A stretch of DNA of 64,000 nt. It comes from Vicugna vicugna (Eukaryota). Each line of letters begins with the position of its first letter. The stretch's first letter is position 1. Both the position numbers and the translations under genes were made by a program. Shown here piece by piece: positions 55,249 through 64,000 of this stretch. Below the pieces are notes generated by a model, which worked only from the letters and a program-made list of their open reading frames with translations, had not been told where the DNA came from and ran no database searches. The DNA lies in the NCBI GenBank assembly GCA_013265495.1, contig MU061579.1, forward strand, positions 2,229,319-2,293,318. Direction: 5' to 3'.

Positions 55249-58200
55249 TAAAGCAGCATCTAGTACAGACTGAACACTCTTGAAATATTCGAGGGACAAA
55301 ACCAAATAATCAAATTGATTAAAACCTTTTAGTTGTAGAGGCTAAAAATGTCCAATGTGAGGACTTAGGATTTCCATAGTTTTATACATTTACTCAAACA
55401 ATGCTAAGAAGAGAATGAGCAAAACCCACATTAAAGTGTATTTTTTTAGGAAAACCTACATTTAGAATATTAATTATATTGAGTAAAACTGTGTATTAAT
55501 TAAAATTAAAATTCGAAGTGCACATTATTCAATATATCAATCAATGATTAACCAGGTATTCGGGTAGCCTATTATTTTGTATAGAAGGCACATTGGGTCA
55601 TTCTATTATAGTGATAAATTGTGAGATTTTTTAGAGAGCAGATTAGTCAAACATTAGAAATTTGAAAATAGCAAAGCAAAATATTATAGATTTGTGACAA
55701 CCTTTATAAAATGTTTTTAATGCAACTAAATCTTGAAATTTATATACGATTGTCAGAAAGTTTTATCGCAGCTTTAGATTAGTATATGGCAATACTCTAA
55801 TTGTCATGATGAAAAGTTATTTTTAGGAAGTAGTGTGTGATAATAAAATTAATGAACATCCTCAGTTAAAGAGAAAAAAAAAGAATATTTCATGTTTTTA
55901 CTGAGATAAGGGATCTTAAGCATCATGGGCAAGCATTAATACATGAGACTGTAAATTTACATAGACCAAACCCAGTTAAAATGTAATTCAGTAAAAAAGG
56001 TTTACACTTACATCTCTTTAATATTATTTCCTAATTTCTTCACTGCACAATTGTTTATTAAAGCTGGTAGCTGGTAACATCAAACACTGTTATTTAGCAG
56101 ATTTGTATTGCCATTAAGCTAAGCAATTTTTACTTTTATATCTTAGGAACATAAAATACAATACAAGGCACGAGAAACACACCACGTCCTTAAAGAGCTG
56201 AATAAAGGATTAATAACCATTCTTTCATTTTATATCAGTCATAATTTTTATTGATAAAAAAAAAAAAACCTCCCAGTGGTGCCTCTGCAGTGATGTTAGT
56301 CCCTTTTGTATTTTCTGGTTTTTTTCCTCCTTGTGGCCTCGTATTCAAGTGCTGACTGATAAACTCGTCTGTGGTTTATAGGATTGTTTATTTTATACGT
56401 AAAAATACTCTTTGTTCCTCCTTAACAAAAACTGAACTGGGCAGTGTCAGCAGTAGAGCAGTTTCCTGAGGGCGGAAGAACACGTAGCATTCCTTCCTTT
56501 GCAGAGGTTTTCAGATTCCATCTCTCCTTGACGCCACCAGGGCAGATCTTAATCCTGCCAGGCAGTAAGGCAGGAGTTAGCTGGCCCTCCACGCTCCCAC
56601 CCTGCCTAGACACACTGTGGACCCTAGCATTAAGATTAATAAAGTGTCCTTTTTGATAACTATCCAGCCACTATCAGCAAGAAAGAGAATGAAAGAAAAG
56701 TGAACCAGTTCACTGCCTGGAGCCTGACCCTCCAAGAGGAATAAGCAGGACTGTTCATGTTCAAAAGAGCCCTGGGTAGGAATGTGAGGGACTGTGGGAG
56801 AGTTTTAGAGTCAGAACCAGAGCTAAAATATCTGTTTTCTAATTGTTAAGAGAAAACTTACTTTAAGATGGATATCCCAAATAGGGTAAGGAAAACGATA
56901 CTGTTATCAGGGATGTTTATGCGGTATGGCAATGGCCTTTTCTCTTATATCCTTGTACCAGACAAGTCAGGTTCTGATAAAGGTTTAAGGACACTAAGCA
57001 GAGAACAGCAGTCCCACTGCCTAATTAATCTCCCTATTTATATATATATATATATTTTTTGATGTGTCTCTTCTGCATATCAAGGAGTGTTCTGTTCCTC
57101 CCACCAAATAATCTGTTCTGGTTGGACCAAGCTCAGACTTGCCGGCACTAAACCACCTCCTTCCCACCACATAGCATTAGGCTGTGTCAGCTTCCTGTTC
57201 TGCAAACTGTTTTTTTTTTCCCCCTTTCATCCTTTGTCCATAGCCCACCGTGTCTTTAAGAAGAAGCTCAGTATGTGCCTTGTCAAAGTTCACTCCCCGT
57301 ATCCCTTCACTTTTAACTCCCAAGCACTACAAAGTTTGACCCTTGTTTTTGTTCCCCTCCTAAAGATTGTATTTTTGAGGCTATGAAGCAGGGCTTGTGC
57401 CTTATTTCTTGTTGGCATTGCAGCTGTGTTCCCTGTGCTCATTGCACTAAATCACACAGCCGTTAGTATCAACACCCTAGTTTCAGTATTTCTTCTTCAA
57501 TCATACATCTTTCTGAAAAGAGAAACAGACTTTACAAGGGCTGAACCACAGTATTCGCTGTGATGTTCTTGTGTCATCTACATGACAAAGAATTTCTGTC
57601 CTTTGGGAATATCAATCTCATTACAAACTCTCCGTTGTCAGTGCTACTTAATCATAATCACAAACCTTCTCTCCACCACTTCTTTTTGAATATCATGTGG
57701 TCCATTTTCCCTTTTTTATCCAGGTGAAAATCTAGCTCGTAACATTGTCTAGAAACAAATATCTACCAAATACCCCTCTAGTACCTGGCCGCTATCTTTG
57801 AAATATTAAAAAAAAAAAAAAAAGAAAAAGCTTTCATTTTTATTTCCCTTAATCCATAAAGTTCTGTTTTCCACTCTATGAATTCATGACTCTAAAATTT
57901 CAGTTTAATCTTTCCTGTTACCATTCTACATTGTTTTAGGAGTTTATAGACTTGGCTGTTTATAAAATCACTTTATATTACTTGTTACATCTGGATAAGT
58001 TGTACTCTTAGTGTTTATCTGTTTTGTGTATGTATATTTATTTTCCAGAGTTTCTCATAAGCACACCTTTTGTTATTTTGGTATCTTTTATAGTGTGGTG
58101 CTAATTTCCAAATATACTAACTCATAATAATCTACCCTTCCTAAGATCAAAGGAAGAACTTACCATACATAAAATCCTTAGGATATTAGGAATCCATATA

Positions 58201-59069
58201 CCAAAAAAATGCTGTGTTTTACGCTAGATTCAAGGATCTTACCACAGATTAAGAGCATGTGGATTTTTTTTTTTCTGGCTTGCAAGATTCCCCAGTTTGA
58301 TTCTTCTAAAGATAAAATGCTCATCTCCAGATAATCACTCAGGTATATTTAAATGTAGGAATAATTAGATTTCGTTTGCTTTGATATTACTGGAATATGT
58401 TGGTTTGGAGGGGAATTTAAATTTTAAAAGATTCTGTGTAATGGCAGTTAATATTTTTTAAATTAAATACAAAATGAAAGAAAAAAATGAAAACTACAAG
58501 AAGTTATGTTCGATCATATCAGATAAAACTTAAGTTTGCTCCTTTGAGTTTGTTTCTTTAATTCAAAAGCGCTAGATAGTGAGTGCATATGCCCTCAGAA
58601 TTTTTTGATGCTAATCTCTTACGATAACCAATTAGCTTCCAAATTTCCCAATTCAAGGGCTGACTAATACTCTTGCTTAAGTATTAGGTGGGTCATGTTA
58701 TTTTAAACAGAGATGATGGCTAATAGTGAGCAGTGTGTCAAAGACCAGAGGAGTTGAGACACTGGGAAGTTTTGAGATACCCTATCTAAATAGGATTAGG
58801 GCAAGACCGAAAGGCTTATGCTCCAAACCCCAAAGATCTTTGTGATAGCTGCTTTCCTAAACATTAGGATTAAAGGTTAGAATCACATTCAGACACAAGA
58901 ATGCAAACATGTATTCACAAAAATCCCTGTCCTTAGAGAAAAATTCAAGAATGTCCCAGCCCTTCCGTAAATATTATACTGAGAAATGTATTGTGAGAGG
59001 ATCAAAAACATTTTTTTCAGAGGCAAAAATTTAATTTCCTCATATATTTTTTTAACATTTTACAAAACT

Positions 59070-59210
59070 TTTTTTTAAAAGACTGTTTTTTTTTTCCAGA
59101 ACAGTTTTGGTTCACAACACAATTAATTGAGAGGAAGGTACAGAAATATACCCCGCCTCCACACACCCACAGCCGTCTCCATTATTAACACCCCCACCAC
59201 CGTGGAATAC
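59070..59210 (-). mobile_element. Old L1 (L1MC/MD-type) 3' end
   Basis: T-run then agaacagttttggttcacaacacaatt...gaggaaggtacagaaat...cacagccgtctccattattaacacccccacca. Confidence 0.75.
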
Positions 59211-60193
59211 CGCTTCTTGTCTTCATAAAATATGCATATTTTTAAATCAGTTTAGCTCCACTATGTATAAAAGCTTTTCTAAATACTGTAAAAAATCATT
59301 TCATATGAAGTTTGTATTTAAGTATAAACATACAAAGTTAAAGATGTTTTTAAAAACAAACACTGAGAGCCAAACTTGTAGCAGTGTTTGATTTTCAGGT
59401 GTAGAGTTGTCTCATATATGGATATTCTTAAAGTAGTTAATCACTATTGAAATTCAAATAATTTCCTGTAATCATCAACTTTTTATTAAAAGTTTTCAGT
59501 TTATTCTTTCCAAATAATTCTATATATTTAATTTTTAAAAATTACATATAGTCCAGCTAAAGCCATGTCTACAAAAATATAATTAAAACATGAAACTTTT
59601 TTACAGCTTTTATCAGTTTGACCTCTTGCAGGGTATAGGAATTCTACTAAATCAAATTCACAAGTTGCAATTGTTTTGATATCAAAACTAAATGCCCTTA
59701 GGAGAATGTAAAAAGGAAAATACATCGTGAGTCAGTTATACAGCAATGGGGTAGAGGCAAAATGAAGAAATGATAATAATCTTACTGTGTGCTGGGAGAA
59801 AATACATATATAGTTGGTATTGTTCATCCTATAATATTTCTTATATCTGTTGTTAAAAAAAGCTAAACCCATATATCAAAATCCTGCCTTAAGCTACTCT
59901 GTCTAGTCACAAAAGTGAGAATAAGATGGTAGCCCCTCCAGGGCAGCAGCCCTCCTGTCCTGGACTTGGAAGATTACTGTTGTGAGAATGTTCAGATGAA
60001 CATCTTTTGAAATACTGAATTTGTTTAAATGATCTTTGAAATTTACCTCAATTCAAAAAAAAAAAAAAAAGAAAGAAAGAAAACAAGCTTCGGGTTTTTG
60101 GAAACAGTTTTAATGGCGAGGTCTATGGATGGACACCACTGTGTAGGGGCTGCTGATTTTCCCTTTACATATTTCCCCATCTCCCTTCCCCAG

Positions 60194-60282
60194 GTGTTGC
60201 TGCCATCACCACCTTTCCCCTCCTCCCCTTTCCTCATGGCAAGACGCACGGAAGAAGAGTGCTGTTAAGGCCTCTCCATTAA
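60194..60282 (+). CDS. PCDH7: PCDH7 alternative cassette exon (exon 60194-60289, 96 nt) encoding the alternative C-terminus (G)VAAITTFPLLPFPHGKTHGRRVLLRPLH*
   Basis: Branch-like CTGAT (60153-60157), an AG-free pyrimidine tract ending ctcccttccccag|, a phase-1 frame open to TAA at 60280-60282, and donor CAG|GTATGG at 60290. The phase matches both donors of the upstream exon. The peptide agrees with my recollection of predicted PCDH7 isoform tails (not verified). Confidence 0.8.
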
Positions 60283-61729
60283 TCAACAGGTATGGTGGTT
60301 CTCACGAAGCAGAGCAGCTGCCCCTCTTCTGCGTTCTCCGTTAACAGCCTCTCTTACATTTACGAGACTCGTTCACCTGCTAGACAGAGCCTATTGATAG
60401 GGAAGGATTGCTCAGCCTGAGTACATCTTTGCATATTTCAGCATGCTGTGCATTTCAGAATTCCCTGCCCAGTTGTAGATTATTTTTTAAGCGTATGGAA
60501 GAATTAATGATACTATTTTCAGAGAAAGGTGCTATGAAGTCTCCTCAACTGATTACACAGGGAAAAAATGGGCCTTGTGTGTTAATATATCCCACTTTCA
60601 ACGTTCTACAAATCCTTGTTATATAACATACCTTTGAAATGTGTAAAATGGGAAAAGTTTGTGAATTTGAACTCAGTGCAATTATGATAGCATTTGAATT
60701 TTCCAAAGCATGGACAAAACTGGATGCACATCAATTACAATACTTATTCATCTGGTTATAGAAAATTAAGAATAATCCAGTTCAGATAAATCTGAATACC
60801 CTACGAAGCGCTGTCATCCGGATGTAGGAGCTGAATGTATGCTAATCACTTTCTGTAAAACTTCCTTTTGTCAACTCAGCTGGTGGTATTTGAGAGAGAT
60901 GGAGGGGACTATTTCCTTCAGCAGTCTCAAGATTGCCTGGTTCAGGCTGCTACATTTTGAAAGGAGCTAGTCCCTCAGGGCTCAAACTCCAGCAGAGTCA
61001 TCACCTATGAAACGTAAACACTCACTCATCACAGGGAAACGCCCACCTTCTTGATTTCCTTTTTCACTGGAGGAACTGGTCCTCCTAGCTCCTGCAGGCG
61101 CTTGTTTTGAGGGTGTGTGAGACTCTGCACTACACGATTGTGACTCCATCAGAATCTTTGAGACGTGACTACAACACTACCTTTGGGCTAGGAAGATTAT
61201 TGACAGATGTCTTTAAAAAAAAAAAAAGCAGTGAGTGTGTATATAGGTGTGCATGTCTGTGGCAGCACTATCTGTGGTGTTCCTTAAAACAGCATAATTA
61301 AGACTTGTGAACGTAAACAAAGCCTTTTCATTTTCATTACACGCATGAGTGAAATGATGTGACCATTAACCGTTAAAGGCTAGACCATTAATCTTCATTC
61401 AGCAATGTGTGTCCTCTTATTCTAGAAAGCTCTGAAGTCATTAGTTGGCCTTCATGATCCCATTTCTACCTACATTTCGATTCTGGATGCACACTGTGCT
61501 CTGGCCCCTCCTCTTTCTCAATGGGTACAATGTCTCCTGTCCACAGACCTCTGCATAGTTGGATCTCTCTGTTTGGCATGCCCTTTCCCCTGGTCTGTTT
61601 GAAAAACTCCCAACAGCAATGATAACTGCACACATGTGTTGAAGATTGACACTGGTTGTCATCAGGCCCAATGTAAATAAGCTTAATAGTCTCTGTTTTC
61701 TGAATTCATCTCCACAAAGGAACATAAAG

Positions 61730-61815
61730 TTAGAAATTATTATTGTCCATATTTAATAGGTAAAAAATGAGGCTTGGAGAAAATCTGAAGTGGCCAAGAT
61801 CACTCAGAGTTGACC
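61730..61815 (-). mobile_element. MIR SINE fragment
   Basis: attattattgtccatatttaataggtaaaaaatgaggcttggaga...gtggccaagatcactcag. Confidence 0.6.
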
Positions 61816-63029
61816 AAATTGGGCATGTGCCTTAAGTAGTGTCTCCTTAATCCTCTCAAGCAAAGCTGGGCTTCTCAGTCATGTTTGACTCAGAGTTTCT
61901 AGAGGACAATGATTTCATCTTATCCTTTATGACCTCTTCTGTGTCCACAGTGTTTGTTACTCACTAAATGTTGGAGCAAATGAATGAATTTTTACAAAAC
62001 AGTCATTCATGTTTTTCACCCTCACATGGGCCCTTCTCCTCACTCATACTTCCCTCTGCTCTGTTTTTACACCCCTGCGTTTGTGGCTCTTGACTCATTA
62101 GCTTCACAGATGACAGTGTATCTTATCATAAGAAATAAGTCATTATTTCCCCCCAAATTTAGGACCTGCAATTAAAAACCAAGTAAGTATAAAATAATTG
62201 AAAACAGAAAAGACATCATTTAAATTTTATAAAATTCATCAAATCTAGTGGTAAGAAAAGAAGTACTTATATCTCATATGGAAAGAAGACAATTCAACCA
62301 AAATGTTCTAAATTTTTTGAGGAAAGGTAACAAGAGAAACCTTTTTTTGACATTATAAGTTAAGTAAAGAAAATATGCACCATATAGGAAAAGAGGCTTA
62401 ACAGTTTACCATACAAGAATAGAAGGGAATGGAGAAGTAAAATATAGATAAGAAAACAGAAATAATGAGATTTGAGGTGAGTGCATAAATTGAAAGCAAT
62501 AAAAAATTGAAGGAAACAGATCATTGAAAACCAGGGACACTGAAAGGACTTTAAAAGAATATGAAACACAACTTGGAGGGAAAAAAAATCAATGCAGGTA
62601 GAGAAAAAGGACTTTATTTATAAGTTCATGTTTCCTTTATTCTTAGGAAAGCCTTCGAGGTAAAATGGCTGGAAAGAGAAAGGGGAGTAAAGATACGTTA
62701 CTTTGTGTACATGGTTTTTCTAGGACTTTTTCTGTGGAAACAGTGCTTTTGAGAGCAAGATTAGGGCTTAAGCATTAATGTGGAGTTATGTATTTAGAAT
62801 TTAAAAGGCTGTGCCTAGAGAATACAATTGAGGTAGGGAGGACTTGATGGAAAATTAGGAAACAAATCAAAATACCCTTTCCCCCACTCTACAAAGATAT
62901 TCTGAGTGTTAACCAGTCTGTTAGCTCTGTGAATTATACGGATCATTTCATGACTAGTTTTCTTTAGGTAGAGTGCCTAGGGCGTAGAATGAATGATGAA
63001 TTAGTCATGGAAGTTTAAGAGTTAGTAGA

Positions 63030-63400
63030 GAGATTATGTTCAACCTATCCAGTCTCAGATTGTTCACGTATCCTTCAATGCTACTATGAGTCGTTCATTT
63101 CTGCTTGAATAATTCCAGTGACACAAAATCCAGAGATATCTCACTCTATTTTGGGACATCTTTTAACTTTCTACCTTTCTCTAATATTGAGCCCAAATCT
63201 GCCTTTCTATAGCTCGAATCCATTTATCTTGGGTTTTCCTTTTGAGAAAGCACAAAATAAGTTCTATTCCTTTCCCAAATGGAAGTATATCCAGGACCTA
63301 AATTCAGATAGATACTCTGTTATAGTGTCTAGATGTATAATAGTCCCTCTTTTATTTTTTTTTTTCTGGTTTACAGCCTCAGTCTTCCCAATTGTTCTAT
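63030..63400 (-). mobile_element. L3/CR1 LINE fragment
   Basis: ttgaataattccagtgac...tattgagcccaaatctgcctttctatagct...ccatttatcttgggttttcc...cacaaaataagttctattcctttcc matches the recalled reverse-strand L3 3' region. Confidence 0.65.
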
Positions 63401-64000
63401 TTTACTTGGTTGCAAATCCTTTTAGCATTCTGGTTAGTCTTATTTAGTGAAAAATATTTTTTCAAAGAAACAAGGAATTAAGGATGAGCTCCTTCAGTTT
63501 ATATTTTTATACTGATTCATTTTGAAGAACCCAGAAAATCCATTTAAATACTTTTGGGGAAATAAAGAGGAGGTACAGATTAAAACTGCATATGGCTTTG
63601 ATCTGAATTTGCACATAATAAAGGTATGGTTTGGCTAGTGTATAATATATAAATAAAATAAATACAAGTATATGTAAAAAAGAATGAAAAAAGAAAAAAA
63701 TGGATTAATTAAAAAATAGTATTCGATTTATATAAAAGAATTTTCAGTCTCTACCTTTTATTTCTTAATTGAATAAATATTTTGATTTGAGTTGGTGCCT
63801 GAAATGAATTTTTCCCTAAGATGCCCATTCAGCATTCTAGCAAATTTGGCACTATTATATATATCTCCTTGAGTGGATAATATCAGTAGAAGTAAAAGAC
63901 AAACAAAACAAAACAAAAACAAAGCAAAACAAAAACTATTTTCTCAGTGCAAATTATTGAGTTTAATGACTAATAATATGTAGTCACATATAACCGTAAT

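Noticed and set aside
63118..63447. Longest ORF in the track (109 aa)
   Set aside because: GTG start, overlaps the antisense strand of an L3/CR1 relic and a T-run; no protein features.

Overview
AT-rich mammalian genomic DNA, almost entirely intronic, from inside the protocadherin-7 gene (PCDH7, delta-1 protocadherin) on the + strand. One unambiguous coding exon (33759-33975, with an alternative donor after 33951) encodes the RRVTF PP1-binding motif and the CM1 motif of the cytoplasmic tail. A second exon (60194-60289), which the ORF track misses in its true frame, adds an alternative stop-containing C-terminus. The rest is ancient mammalian repeats (MIR, L2, L3/CR1, MLT1, hAT-Charlie MITEs, old L1), two younger antisense L1 3' fragments (one resembling camelid-type L1) and microsatellites. 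I saw no Alu, B1/B2, BovB/BovA, PRE1 or Can-SINE. The most interesting signal is a set of real and candidate splice/polyadenylation choices that all end the PCDH7 tail after RRVTF/CM1 and before CM2. Repeat family names come from recalled consensus sequences rather than a database search, and repeat boundaries are approximate.
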